Assembly (NCBI GenBank): GCA_951406725.2
Contig: OX597820.1
Coordinates: 48,484,001-48,548,000 of the forward strand
Origin: Octopus vulgaris
Lineage: Eukaryota
DNA length: 64,000 bases
Direction: 5' to 3'
Shown here in pieces: positions 14,002 through 29,623 of the stretch (within the stretch, counting starts at the first letter, position 1; each line of letters starts with the position of its first letter). A program made the translations under genes and the position numbers. Under the pieces are notes generated by a model. It was not told the DNA's origin, made no database searches, and worked only from the letters and a program-made list of their open reading frames with translations.

Positions 14002-15448
14002 TGTGTGAATATGTGTGTGCTTGCGTATGTGCACGTGTGCATGATTTTACATGTGAAAAACCTCTCGTATGCACGTACACGCGCTTCACTAAATATAAAT
14101 TAGCAAGAAAACGGAAATATTTAAGCGAGTTTAAACGTACATACAAATATACATGCATAATCAAACATATTCAAACATGCATACACAATTATGTTTGAAG
14201 GCATATGAGTGTGCGAATGTGTGTGTGTGTGTATCAGTTTGTGTGTGTGTAAGTGTGCGTATGCTACTGAGTGTTTGTGCATGTGCTCCTGAGTATGTGT
14301 GTGTGTGTTTGTAAGCGTTTAAATTTGTTAAAATATTTGCGTTCCTATAACAAATATGATTGTGTAGGTACGTGTGCGGTTAGCTTTGCAAATGGTTTTG
14401 TTTATGTTCATGTTGCAACGATTTTACAAGCATTTAGCTTTGTTCTATGATGCAAGCGCATTGATAAAGGTCGCGAAGTACATTCAGTGCATTCTTCACA
14501 TCATGTCTGCCATTTGTGCAGCTAACAAAAGGAATTTGAGGAATCTTCCAGTATTACAACAATCTTCTCGAAGAGTAAAAAAAATATAAAACTCTTGGAA
14601 ATCCTTGACATCTTTATAATCATTTACTCATCCTTTCTCTTTTCTTTTCTCCATTCCTTTCACGTATACTCACGCACACATACTTTTTACCTCTCCCTCT
14701 TTCTCTCTCAGACTCACACACACTTACACACACACACACACTCACACACACTCTCACACACTCATACCTTCGTTTCCTCTCTTTCCCCTCTCTCCACAAG
14801 TTTCATTTTCTTTATTACTTATTTGTTTATTTCGTTAGTTTCTCATTTGGCTTTCTCCCCTCCATATTGCAGTAATACTTTCACCTCTTCTCATCTTATT
14901 ATTTCAATCATCTCTGTATTTCCTTTAAGTATTTCTAACTTCTTTTCTTCTTTTCTTTTACTTTTCTTCCGTTATCTCTAGTTCTCTACTTACTTATATA
15001 TATATATATATATATCATACATAATACATACACACACATATTTAAGCATAATAATACACGCATTTATGTGCCTCTATTATGTCCAGCTTTCTTTCTAAAG
15101 TCGTATATATGTGTGTGTCTGTGTGTGTGCATACATATATATACACATATATACATACATATATTATATCTATCATTATCTCACTTCTTGTAATCGAGAT
15201 ATCTGACTTTCATCTCTGTCCTTTACTTATGCCTTTCATTTGTCTCTCATCTCTCTGATTCATCGCAGATATTCTGTCATCATCCTTTCTCAGTTCCCTT
15301 CTTTGTATTTCCACACCTCCTCACTTTCTAATCTGTTTACTGCATAAATATCTTAGAATCCTTTCTCTAATTGTATTGTTTGAATCAACTTCTATCCATG
15401 CAAACATCTCTCCTACCCTGTATCCATACATCCTTTCATCCATTAACC

Positions 15449-15581
<133 letters not shown>

Positions 15582-15594
15582 CATCCATCCATCC

Positions 15595-15640
<46 letters not shown>

Positions 15641-15641
15641 G

Positions 15642-15687
<46 letters not shown>

Positions 15688-15781
15688 ATTTCCACTCTAT
15701 AGCTCGCTTGACCTACCTACTCTCCTCTGTCTTTGCATACGCTTGTATGTATGTACCTGTGAGTGTGTGTGTATGTATATA

Positions 15782-15841
<60 letters not shown>

Positions 15842-16904
15842 CATATTTATATATACATTTGTCGGTCTGTCTGTATACATACATATATCTGTGTATCTAT
15901 ATATTTAACTCTGTTTCTCTGCGTTTCTCTCTTCTTATATGTATATACATGCATGCACCCATAAATACCCACAGCAATACAAATAAGCCCACATACACGC
16001 ACACACACACACACACAACACACAGATACATATATACACACATATACCTATATAAACTAGTCCCCATACACATATTCACACGTCGAATAACATATGCCGT
16101 ATACATATGCCGTAAACATTAAGACAACACACCCGCGCAAGTATATACGCACATATACGGCAGCACGTATGCATAAAAATTCATAGTTTACAACCTAAAC
16201 AATAGAACAGTCAGTATTTTTAACATACTCCCGCTTACTTTCCTGCTATATCACTGTTTCTTTTTATTTCTTCTACCCCTACCTCTCCTTCCTTCTTTTC
16301 ACCCCCTCCAACACTCTGCAGCATTCTGCTTCGTTGAAGGGAAACTTTTGCAGTTTGGAAATCCTACTGTAACCACTCCTACAACTTCTTACACCACTTC
16401 GCTTTTAAGGGTTTATTATATTTACAACTACTAGGACCACCATCTTCATGAAAAATAACGCCGATAACATCATAATCCTTCAGAGAAACCTCACGATATT
16501 ACTATTGATTCTGCCACCCCTTTTGCGTGTTTCCTCCAATTATAGAACGACTAACATACACATACGTTCATATATGCGCGCGCACTCGCACCAGAAAGAC
16601 ACGCGTTCCGTGGAGCTAAACTCATTACCGCCAATAATAAATTAACAATACTCCACCCCATATTCTTCCCAAAACACCAAAGCAGGCATACGAACGGGCG
16701 TATCCGTGTGTTTGTGTGTGTGTGTGTATACACACACATACAGCTATGTTTTTGTAGTGTGTATGTAAGCATGAAATGTGTGTGTGTATATATATGAGTG
16801 TATGTGTGCTTTTGTGTGTATGTATGTATATATATATAAACACACATATATATATGTATATATATACACACACACACACGCACAAACACTCATATATATG
16901 TATG

Positions 16905-16936
<32 letters not shown>

Positions 16937-17220
16937 GATAGAGAGAGAGAGAGGGGGGAGATAGATATATGCACACAAGTGTTAGGCATACATGTGTGTG
17001 CGGATATAGACATATATATGTAGATAGAAAGATAAGTAGATAGATATAAGTGTATACACAAGTACTGTCCTTCTCACTCTCTCTCTCTCTGTCATGTATA
17101 TAGGTATGTACATGCGTGTGTGCATGTGTGTGTGTATCTATTTCTGTGTATTTGTGCGTATATATATATATATACATATATATGCAGATGTGGTTATGTG
17201 TATATACATACACACGCCTA

Positions 17221-17267
<47 letters not shown>

Positions 17268-17799
17268 GTATATATATATATGTGTGTGTATGTATATATA
17301 TATATGTGTGTGTGGATGCATGTATTGATTAATCTGTCCTATTCATGTATTATTGATTTTCCACTAATTACGCAATATTATGTATTGATGACAACCAATT
17401 GTAGCTCAGATTACGGAGTGTGTCTAAGGGAGTGCGTGATGCTAAATACACTAAGATCACCACTACCAACCAATGCTTCTACATTCCTCGTTCCCTTCAT
17501 CGGGCTTTTAAGACTCATGTACTCCTCACCATCACCCACAACACTCACTAGTGCTAAACCCTAATTTTTGTTCCTGATGTTTTTGAAACCTTCCCTTTTC
17601 CTCACTTGTTCGACACGTTTTAAATTAAAGGCTTGCATCTTAAAACATTCGTACGTTTGAATTCTTTAATCAGCTTCAAATGAGAGTACAAAAGCGAATG
17701 AGAAAAAGTGAAAGAGAGAGGGGTGGGAGAATCGGTGAAATAAGGGATGTAGCCGGGTATCGAGGTGGATGTGATAAAGAGACTAAGAAGGGAGAGAGA

Positions 17800-17831
<32 letters not shown>

Positions 17832-19189
17832 CCGAGAGATTCAATGGAAAACAAAGAAAGAAAATGTCGCAAGGATGCTATTTAAAAGAAGGAACGGTGT
17901 TAACAAATGCAGCAAGTAAACAAGAGTAGAGATTTAATGATGGAAAATAGAATACAAAACACAAACAAGCTCGCCCCACCCTAACATATATATACGTATA
18001 TGTGTAAGTGTACATACATATACATACGTATATGCATGTATATATACATGTATATATTATATATAAATATATATGTATAAGGGTATATACAGGCATATAC
18101 ACAACTATGCATATATACGTGTATATATAAATATATATATATATATATATTAAATATGCAATTACTGCTTTTTCTGTCAATTATTTCTCTCTATCGTAGC
18201 TTTTGTTTCTTTTCCCCCTTCTTTCGCTCTCTCTCAATCTCTCCCACTCTCTCTGAAGAAAAATAAGAAAGGACAGATTGATAGATAGGGAAGGAGCGAG
18301 TGGGGTTGAGGGGAAGTCAAAGAGGGGGTTTCCAAGTTGTAAAGGAAGGTGAGAGATAAAAGCACGAAGTGACGCGGAAAAGGTTTTGTGTGAAACTGGT
18401 AGAAAGAGATATTTTGAAATAAATTTGGGTAGGAAGGGTAGTGATGAATAAGGAAAAAAATATATAAATAAATATGTGGTAATATCATCAAAATATTGCA
18501 GATTAATAACAAAAAGAATGTGGCAACAACAGTCAGAGTGTAAACAATAAGCGCTACAAGAACATCAGATAACTTCGACAACACTGAAGACAACGAACAA
18601 TAAAATGTATAAACATTGAATAATGCAATTAACAAACAGTAGAAAAGACAATATCATTAACGATTGTAACATCAATACCAAAATCTCTTATATGAAAAAT
18701 AACAGCAAAATACAACACTGTAGTGGATTGATAATGTAATAATTATAACAACTAGCGAGACCCTTGGAAATTCTGCGATTTATAAATTTTCTTATTTCAA
18801 TTTTCATGTGTAAATTTATTGATCTTAATGTCGTTTCATTTTGTTTTTCAATATTTCGATGATGGTTTTGATTTCGCTCAAATAGTTAAAGATGATTAAT
18901 ACTTAACATCCCAACTTGTTTCATTGTAATAATGATTTCGTTAAATATTGTTTGTCCTATTTATTAGATTAGGTTGTGTAAAACCTAGCACTGAAAATTA
19001 CTTGATCTCAAAGATAACAATTATGTAATCAATTGCATTCCGTACACGTATGAGTTCTTTATTGTCGTGTAATTATACGTATGTACATGTGTATGTGTAT
19101 ATAGGTGATTAACCTTACATGAAATAATGCATACGCGTAAGAAAATATCCAATGTTTTATATTGAAAGATTATTTCTTTCATTTCTAAT

Positions 19190-20050
19190 CAGGACGAAAG
19201 AACCGTGCACACGTACCTTGTAGTTCTTTCAAAGACGTTACGATTGATACCAGAAGCTGAAGTGTGTCCGCTAGCGATTGAATGCTGATCAGCCTAGAAG
19301 TCCCTTCTGAGTGAACACTACTACGTTATCAGTCTCACTTGAGCCTTGTAGAATGTCAGAGAATTATGGTAACTAATATATTTTGTGGCTCTGAATAGAA
19401 GAGTCAGTCTTTGAGATGCGGTCCTCACATAATAGTAAAGTAGAGGCTTTCACTCGAAGTGATCTTCGAAGATAATCGAGCCCAGTATTTGTCTCTAGCT
19501 GAATGCGGTTCATGTTTAGGGAATTGTGCCGAATTTCTGTTCATGTAAGTATTACTAGTAATTTTGTTTCTTCTAAACGAGACATAATTGATATGGCCAC
19601 ACTGGAAAATGTCTCAAACGCTCCGTTCATGGAATCAAAGCTGGTTGCATATGGATAATGTAAGTTTCAGGAATGCTTGAGAGTTATAAGGTTTTCTTTT
19701 ATATGCATAACCGTGCGCGGTAGTGGATGTAATTGCAAGTATGCCATTGATATATAGAAAGGAGAGTGTGGTATGGGGAAGAAAACCTAACTACGTAGGA
19801 CACGAAATTCATTTGAGAATGGGAGGGAAGATGTTCGTCAGCACACACCAATACGTGATTTTACAGGGAGTTAGGAATCCAGGAGATGATAGATGAATGG
19901 GGTCACTGGTCGGAATGATTTGTGAGGAGATTTGCATGCCAGATACAGTCAAATGCTTTATTGAGGTTTGTGGCAATAACATTGTTTTTCACCTAGCTTC
20001 TGTAGACTGTTGCTCTGTGGCACAAAAGAAAACTTTTCTAATAGATTAAT
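19190..20050 (-). mobile_element. CR1/L2-type LINE reverse transcriptase remnant, heavily decayed
   Basis: Minus strand VIATNLNKAFDCIWHANLLT resembles VIALDISKAFDRVWH.GLL; a later LHYPYA segment lies where YADD is expected; many stops and frameshifts. Confidence 0.6.
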
Positions 20051-20939
20051 TTCGTGAAAGCCAAACACCCCAACAACTAATCCATGCGCCTCCACTAAAG
20101 GTCATGATGGTAAAACATTTAGATTGTTTAAGTTGCTTAAAAATCATGGCCACTTTCCACGATTTTCTTGTATTCTATGTTTTCAAACATGGCTTATTTC
20201 TCCCAATTACCATCAGGAGGAATTCTCTCAGGCGAATGAAAGATGGCATAGGTACTATACTTGAGTATGGGAAATATCTTTTTCCAGGTAAGTATATGTT
20301 GGGTTCTTTTGATGTTCACAAGACAAATACATCAATCATCATAGAACTTGTATCCGCCAAAGCATGCTAATCCAAGTTTTAGGCAACTTATCTTTTGATT
20401 AGACCTTTGCGAAAAATGCTCCGTATAATTTCTCGAGTAATAGTGGGAGACCACTACGTATCTTACTAACAAAGGTGTACTCCAATTTAAGTGAAATACT
20501 TTCTCCTCAGAAAATATGTTCTCTTCAGATTCAAGTTGCACAGCAGAAATGAATTGAAAGATGGTACATAGATATTTCATCCACATTTTTCGTGAGGAAC
20601 CATTATAAATGCACAACTCAAAGATTAAATTAAATATTTCATCTACAACTCGCAGATTAAATTAAATACTTTATGTAAGTATTGAATCAAAAACGGGGAC
20701 TTGATTTAAATGAACAAATACAAATTTAAAGATAGAACATGTCATCTAAAATATTCTAAATCCTATAAGAAATTTTAATCGATTTTCAAATTGATATTTA
20801 TGTTACGCATCAGTATAGTTAATGAAAAACCAGTCACAAATACATAAACCTATTGAGTCATTCATATATATATATATATATATATATAGATAGATATATA
20901 GAGAGAGATAGATATATATATATATATATAGATACATAG

Positions 20940-20970
<31 letters not shown>

Positions 20971-21017
20971 CGTATACATATATATACATACACACACACA
21001 TATATATACACACACAC

Positions 21018-21052
<35 letters not shown>

Positions 21053-21399
21053 TGTATGTATGTATGTATGTATGTATGTATGTATATATGTATACGTGTA
21101 TGCAATATATATTTGCATGTTTATATGATTTATGTATATATGTGTCATTTATGTATATATGTATCAAAATAAATAAATAACATATACATATATAACTATA
21201 ATTAAGAAGAAAGATGACAAACCATATAAATATATATACGTATTTATCCAACGCCATTGACCTAAAAACCGTAAGCCATATTAGCTAACGTGATCCTGTT
21301 CGCACAATGACTGAAAATGGGATGTTAAGATGGTGTGATGGGTGGAATATATTAGCGAATATATATCCGTCTATTCAGAATTAACATGGAGCCAAAAAA

Positions 21400-21607
21400 G
21401 CAACAATAACATCCTCTTCGTTATCATCGCCATCATGATCTCATTGTCATAAACATCATCACCATCAATTATTGAAACCAAAATCATAAAAAATCCCTAA
21501 TTCATAACTTTATTATCATTGTCATCCAGGGCATTCTCAATACTATCATCATATGTATCGCCTTTATCATCATCAGCATTATCGTCATAGCCTTGATTAT
21601 CACCAGC

Positions 21608-21638
<31 letters not shown>

Positions 21639-22386
21639 CCACCACCACCACCACTACCACCACCACTACCACCACCACCACGACCACGACCACAACCACT
21701 TTCATCATCACCATCATCACTATTATCATCAATTACCGTTTCCGTGTACCATCACAAACGTCATAGAGCAATCACCATCAGCGTTACCAACACGACCATC
21801 ATCATCATCATCTTTATTAACACCACCACCATCACCAGCAGCAGCAGTAACAGCAGCGACGACAGCAGCAGCAACACTACCAGCAACCGCAAAAGCAGCT
21901 GTAACAGCAGCAGCAGTAGCAGCAAGAACGGCAGCAGGGACAGCAGTAACAGCATCATCAGTCGTCATCATCATTATCATCATAATCATGGTCAGGAGAG
22001 CCATCATCGTCCTTAACAATCATCTCCATCTACTTCGGCAGAGCCATCGTCGCTACTGTTACGACACAGTGACAGCAATTATCCACACGCTCATCATCTT
22101 CAACAACATCGTCGAAGACGTCGTCGGTGTCGTCGGTGTCGTCCTCCTCCTCATTATCATCACCTTCGTCATCATCATCATCATCATCATCATCGTCTCG
22201 TTGTCTTCATCATCATCAATGTCAACGTCATCAATGTCCTTCATCATCATCGTCATCATCGTCATCATCATCATCAACATGATCGTAGTTACCACCAGCA
22301 CCACCAGGACCACCAGCACCATCACCAGCACCACCACCAGCAGCACCACCACCATCATCATCAATGTCAACGTCATCAATGTCTTT

Positions 22387-22427
<41 letters not shown>

Positions 22428-23400
22428 AAACATGATCGTAGTCATCACCACCACTACCACTAACACTACCACCACCACCACTACCACCACCACCACCACC
22501 GTTATCGTCATCATCGTCATCGTCAGCATCAACAACAGTGTCATCTTTCATGTCTATCCTAATCTTCCTGCATTCGACCATCGTCAGAAACATCAAATGA
22601 AACATCACCACGACGCCCACCTTCTCATCGTCTTCCTCCTCCTTCTCCTCGTTATTATCGTCGTCATCATCGTCATCCTCATCGCCCTCCTCCTCCTCCT
22701 CCTCCTCCTCATCATCATCATCATCATCATCATCACAGTTGCAAACAACGCCGTCTCCAACACCTTTGATTTTTTTCCCAAGATTTTTTTCTTCTCATTT
22801 ATAACAATTTTCTTCATTATTGTTGTTAGTGTTATTGCTCTGGTGGTTGTTGTTGCTGTTGTTATTGTTGTTGTTGCCCTGCATAACTTCATTTCTGTTT
22901 TTCTCTCGCTTTATTCATCTTCACCTTTACTTTCACCTGCACCCAGAATTACCAAATGACAGAATGAAAGAATAAATAAATAAATAGATAAATGAATCAG
23001 GGAATGAATGAATGGTATCAATAATTGCGGGTTGGGGATGGGCAATTCTTTCCGTTCAAGAAGAAATGAGTGAAAAAAAAAACCCTTTAACAAAAAAACA
23101 AACAAACAAACAAACAACAACAACATCAGTAAAGAAACAAAATAAAAAGAATAATACTGCAGAAAATCCCTAAACCCAACCAAGAAAGAAACAAAATATA
23201 TAACAACAACTACAACAACAACAACAGCAACAACTATTACAACAAATAAACGACATAATGACGAGGACAACATTTACTGTGACCACCTTTTCAACAAGGA
23301 TCATTATCACCACCACCACTACCACCTTAACACCAACAACAACAACAACAACATCAACAACACCATTACGAACAACAACAACAATATCAAGAATATACTT
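21400..23400. repeat. Mosaic trinucleotide low-complexity region (CAC/CAT/CAG/CTC/GTT/AAC)
   Basis: Register-shifting triplet runs with an internal duplication (22205-22300 vs 22350-22450). Confidence 0.85.
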
Positions 23401-23714
23401 TGCAACGTCTGGAACATAGAATTTCTAGTAGTCTGCCATTTCCATTGGTGAATAGCTTCATTTAGATTATTCAAAACCCACCAAACCTACTGAACTTTGG
23501 GTCAATGTGTACTGCAAGCTCCATCTTTATTTTTTGTTATTATTATTATTATTATTTCTATTAATGTAGACTTTCAGATGTATAGATCTATATACAAGGT
23601 TTTCTACTCATTATATATTTCTGTTCTGCGTTTGCTTTAATATTGCGTTGTGCTGTATTTTTCTTATTTGTAATTAGACTCATACACACACGCACTCAAA
23701 TGCAGGTATGTATG

Positions 23715-23748
<34 letters not shown>

Positions 23749-23805
23749 TGTATGTATGTATAACGCTGTTTTAATTTTTCCTTGGTGTTTTATATATATA
23801 TATAT

Positions 23806-23874
<69 letters not shown>

Positions 23875-24128
23875 CACACTCACACACATACACACATATA
23901 TATGCTCTTATACAGATGTATATATATATGCATGCATATATATATATATATATGATTACTTAGATGTATATGTGTGTATGTATATATATGTGTACATATA
24001 CACATATACACAAAGAAGGAGAATGAGAGACTAAGAGAAGGAGAGAGAGAGAGAAACCAGCACAGAAATATATATGCATGCATATATTTACATACACACA
24101 CATATGTGCATATGTAAAACATACACAC

Positions 24129-24194
<66 letters not shown>

Positions 24195-24706
24195 CACATT
24201 TCCATATATACATATACGTATGTATATATACTTACACATATATGCATACATATCTATGTGTGTGGGTGTGTACACACACACATATATACCTATAATCTTA
24301 TGACAACTTTGCGTACCCTACACATACATGCTCAGAAACACGTTCCTGCACATAGCCCCACATGCCTCAACAAGCCATGCATTCCATTTACAAAAGAAAA
24401 ATACAGATTTAGACTATCAAGTACTAAGAATTTTTTTTTTCTCTAACACACACTCACGCACATGCACACGCAGATAAACATGCACACGCACACACACACG
24501 CACACACACATGCACACACACACACACATGCACACACACACACACGCGCACACACATACGCACGCACCCACACATACACACACACTCACACATTTATACT
24601 TACTTGCATGTGAGTACACAATATTCATTGAAAAAAAAAGGTACCTGGATTTCTCAGCCCATTCACGCACACACACGCTCTTACATATTTATACATATAT
24701 ACTTGC

Positions 24707-24756
<50 letters not shown>

Positions 24757-25131
24757 GAATATGTATATATGTATGTATGTATCTTTAACACGTTTCAGTG
24801 CAGGAGAAAGAATAGAATGTACTCAGTGAACTTTCAACGTAAGACCTTGATAAAGGCCCATGTTGACTACAAAATGAAGTTCATTCAACTTTCTATGGGA
24901 GTAATTATTAGCACACACACACGCACAAATGTAGGCACGCACATACACCCACATACTTACAGATGCACGCAGACAAATATACATATATATTTACAGAGAG
25001 AGAACTAGAGATCGAGCGAGAGAGACTGATAGATAGTTGACAGATAGGAAGATAGATATATATTGCATACATACACTTACATGTCCACGTATATAGCCAC
25101 GCATACGACTCTTTAAACACACATGTATATT

Positions 25132-25179
<48 letters not shown>

Positions 25180-25232
25180 TGTATGTTGATGTATGTGTTG
25201 CGTAGGGGTGCACATATGTATCTATCTATCTA

Positions 25233-25308
<76 letters not shown>

Positions 25309-25520
25309 CAGATATTTTTATAGATAGATTGTTGCATTTATATATATAATTATCTTTCGATTTTTTTTTTGTTTTCATCACCACTCCTAATACATGGATG
25401 ACTCGTTAAAACACATACACACATATCTCTGTCTCTGTATCTATCTTTCTACCTGTCTGTCTGTCTATCCATCCATCTCTTCTCCTGCACATACACACAC
25501 ACGTATGTACGCACACACAC

Positions 25521-25603
<83 letters not shown>

Positions 25604-27764
25604 CTTACATATATATATATGTGTAATATCTTTAGTGTAGGAGGCAACGGACTCCTTTAGGGCTCTTGCGTTTTGAGTCTGATCCCAATTTGGCATCTCA
25701 AGTCGTACCCAGTGTGCATTCTGACGTCGCTTCTTTATTCGTAGAAGATAATGACTCATTACAGACATCATGTAAGGATTCTTGAATGCTTCCATCAGAG
25801 ATGTCCGAGAATACATTCTGAATGTTAGCTTGTCCATGCAAACTTCAGTAACAGATACCTAGACGGTTGCTGACGCATTGAGAGATCTTTTCTGTTTGAT
25901 TGCTCTCGTGTAAATTTTGAATTTCAGTGAAAATCTTAAAATTTGGTATATTGATGTAATCTTTCACGCTGAATCTGAGGGCCTAATTCACTTTTTCCAG
26001 AAAAAAAATTTATAAATAAAGTTACTGTGGTTTAAAGTTTGATAAATTTTACCCAGTCAGCAAACATGAATTGGAAGCTGCCATTTTGGCGCTTGACTGC
26101 ACGTGTTTTCAACTTTAAACAAATGAAATATTGCGGAATCCTGCTTTATGCACGCCATATACTCCCTCCCAACCCTCATAACATTTGGAATTTTCAGAAA
26201 ATTGTTACGAATTTGTATTCTACATGCGGAAATTCATACGATTATTACAACACCCCTGACAAAAAAGATTTCGGTGTGTGATTTAAGGCCTATGTAACTC
26301 TCATTTTAGCACATATCACGACCACCTCATACCACATGTTTTAAATATTTATAAACGAAGATTAAACACGTGGGTATGCATCTTGGCTTGTTACTATGAA
26401 AACAGTCATTTATATGTCTCTGGCTTTCGGCTGGCTAAAATTACCCAACGTTTTAAAAGCTATAAGCTCATTATTTATTGATTTATGGCGAAAATGAATT
26501 TCATGTCACGTCTTATCATACATAACTACACCAATACCCCAAATATAAAATCAAATGGAACAATAATTGAAGAAATTGAAAAGTGGCAGACAAAGAGAAA
26601 ACATCTGTTTTAAGCATTGAACACGGATGAGTAATCGGGGGATTCCAAACCTTATGCTACATAGTGAAATTGCGGTTTGTAGAAAAAGCGATCTCTGCAG
26701 ATCAAAAGACTACGATTTGATGATTGTGTTAAATTTCCGTTGAAAGAATGTGATACATGGGCGTTCAGTTAGAAAAACAATACTTGCCATTCACACCAGT
26801 AGAGGAAATGTGTAATGGAAGGTCCTAATGACAGTAGCTCTGAGAAAGGTCTTTGTGCTGTATAAAGTATTAAGTGGGTAATTTCGAAAAAATAAATATA
26901 TGAATAAATAACAACAAAAACATAAAATACAGATTTATCATGCAAAATTTAAGCGAGCTGCTAGAAAACGCATCGTCGGTAGAGTGAGTGGAGGAAGTCT
27001 GGTCGGCAATATCTGCAGACGCGTTTGCTTATCAAGAGCTGTTGTCGATTTTGGAAAGCCTGATGACTGCGTAACACATGAAAGTACTAGTTTTATCACG
27101 ATAAATATATAATATTCTATTATTATAATATTATAAAATTGTGAAGATTGTGAATAATAAAACGTGTGAATCAGACTAGGTTCGAATTTCATTCATTAAT
27201 ATATTCTATACACAATCATACAAACTCGGATATACATACATACATACATACATACATACATACATACATACATACATACAACCATATATCATATATATAT
27301 ATATATATATATATGTATATGTGTGTGTGTGTATGTATGTATGTATGTATGTAGGTAGGTATGTATGTATGTAGGTATGATGTATTTATGTATGTATGAA
27401 TGTATGTGTGTATGTACATATGTATGTATGTATATAAATTACCCTTTAGCCTTTTGCTGAATATGCCATAAATTCATGAGGTAAATATATACACGGACAG
27501 TAGGATTTAGCCAACCAACAGTTTTATAATTTTATAATTTTCAAAGAAAACTGTAGTATAATGATCTCGCTAAAAGTGGAGCATTTATCTCCCCGGCCAG
27601 TATACGAGAATGTACCTCCTTGCAGCTCTAAGGTGTTTTAACTTTTATTTCTAGCAATGTAGGTGCTACCCTGCACCATCAGTCACATTTAGTGAGAATT
27701 GAATTCTTACTGTTTGGTTTTACATTGCATATAGCTCCTCTCTCTCTTTCTCTCTCTCTCTCTT

Positions 27765-27854
<90 letters not shown>

Positions 27855-28255
27855 GGCGCAGGAGCGGCTGTGTGGTAAGTAGCTTGCTAACCAACTACAT
27901 GGTTCCGGGTTCAATCCCACTGCGTGGCATCTTGGGCAAATGTCTTCTGCTATAGCCCCGGGCCGACCAATGCCTTGTGAGTGGATTTGGTAGACGGAAA
28001 CTGAAAGAAGCCTGTCGTATATATGTATATATATATACATATGTGTGTGTGTATGTGTTTGTGTGTCTGTGTTTGTCCCCCAAGCATTGCTTGACAACCG
28101 ATGCTGGTGTGTTTACGTCCCCGTCACTTAGCGGTTCGGCAAAAGAGACCGATAGAATAAGTACTGGGCTTACAAAGAATAAGTCCTGGGGTCGATTTGC
28201 TCGACTAAAGGCGGTGCTCCAGCATGGCCGCAGTCAAATGACTGAAACAAGTAAA
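27855..28255 (+). mobile_element. Full-length tRNA-derived SINE (family B, CORE-like)
   Basis: Box A ggctgtgtggtaa, box B gggttcaatccc, CORE-like gtggcatcttgggcaaatgtctt, internal (TA)(TG) tract, 3' tail ...ccagcatggccgcagtcaaatgactgaaacaagtaaaa. Confidence 0.92.
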
Positions 28256-28267
28256 AAAATATATATA

Positions 28268-28430
28268 TACGACGGGCTTCTTTCAGTTTACGTCTACCAA
28301 ATCCACTCACAAGGCTTTGGTCCGCACGAGGCAATATTAGAAGACACTTGCCCAAGGTGCCACGAAGTGGAACTGAACCCAACACCATGTGGTTGGTAAG
28401 CAAGCTACTTATCACATAGCCACTCCTGCT

Positions 28431-28432
<2 letters not shown>
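28268..28432 (-). mobile_element. SINE family B, 5' half, inverted against the preceding copy
   Basis: Reverse complement of ~27855-28020. Confidence 0.92.
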
Positions 28433-28522
<90 letters not shown>

Positions 28523-28578
28523 TGCGTGTGTGTATATATTTATGTATATATATATGCATATATATATATATATATATA

Positions 28579-28659
<81 letters not shown>

Positions 28660-29311
28660 ATTCTTACCGTTTATATTTATATTTATAAATGTACATACTT
28701 GTATCTCTCTATACAAACATATGTCTGTATGAACCTTTGTGTGGATGGACGGATGGAAGTGTGTGAGTGTATGTCGTACAATCTATTACGCGTCGTTACT
28801 CTTTTACTGATTCCACTTTGTCTATTCTGGTGCATTAAACATAAAACATTAACGAATATTAGCATCAATCAGCTAAGTGGCTGAAGAATTACCTGAGACA
28901 CAAATAATAATTCTAGTAACTGGAGAATAGGGTTAAACTGCGGGTAGACTTTTAAAATACGCAATTAGAGAAAGCGGACGCAGAATAAGAGCGTGCTGTA
29001 ATCGGTCCTGTCGTCTATCCGCGAGCGATTTTGATCTTAGAGTGAATGTTAAAAGTTGTTTACTATTAGCTCTATCTCTCCTTCTCTTGCTCTCACGCAC
29101 ATTCGTGATAAGTTGAGCTATCGATTTATCTAACCTCACAAACACACCAAACACATTTAGGCAGACATGCATACATACATACAGACAGACAGACAGACAT
29201 ATATACATACATGCATACATAAATGCGTACACGCAGACACAGGCACACACGGATACATATATATATATGCATATATATATATTTATAACTTATATTTAGA
29301 AGAATATGTAC

Positions 29312-29404
<93 letters not shown>

Positions 29405-29622
29405 TGTGTGTGTGTGTTTGTGTATCTGTGTTTGTCCCTCTCTGCAATATCGCTTGACAACCGTTGGTGGTGTGTTTAAGTCCCCGCAACTTACCGGTTC
29501 GGCAAAGAGACCGATAGAATGAGTCCTAAGTTTACAAAGAATAAGTTCTGGGGTCGATTTGTTACCCTAAAGGCGGTACTCCAGCACGGCCACAGTAAAT
29601 AGTCTAAAAGAAATAAAGAAAG
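29405..29622 (+). mobile_element. SINE family B, 3' half
   Basis: cgcttgacaaccg...agaccgatagaat...ggggtcgattt...aaggcggtactccagcacggcc matches 28085-28255. Confidence 0.85.
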
Positions 29623-29623
29623 A

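Noticed and set aside
21553-22959. 468-aa plus-strand ORF as a real CDS
   Set aside because: A C/A-rich triplet strand lacks stops by composition; register switches among poly-H, poly-S and poly-I.
25630-26940. DNA transposon-like region; also a possible Helitron end at 18750
   Set aside because: No paired termini, TSD or transposase motif identified.
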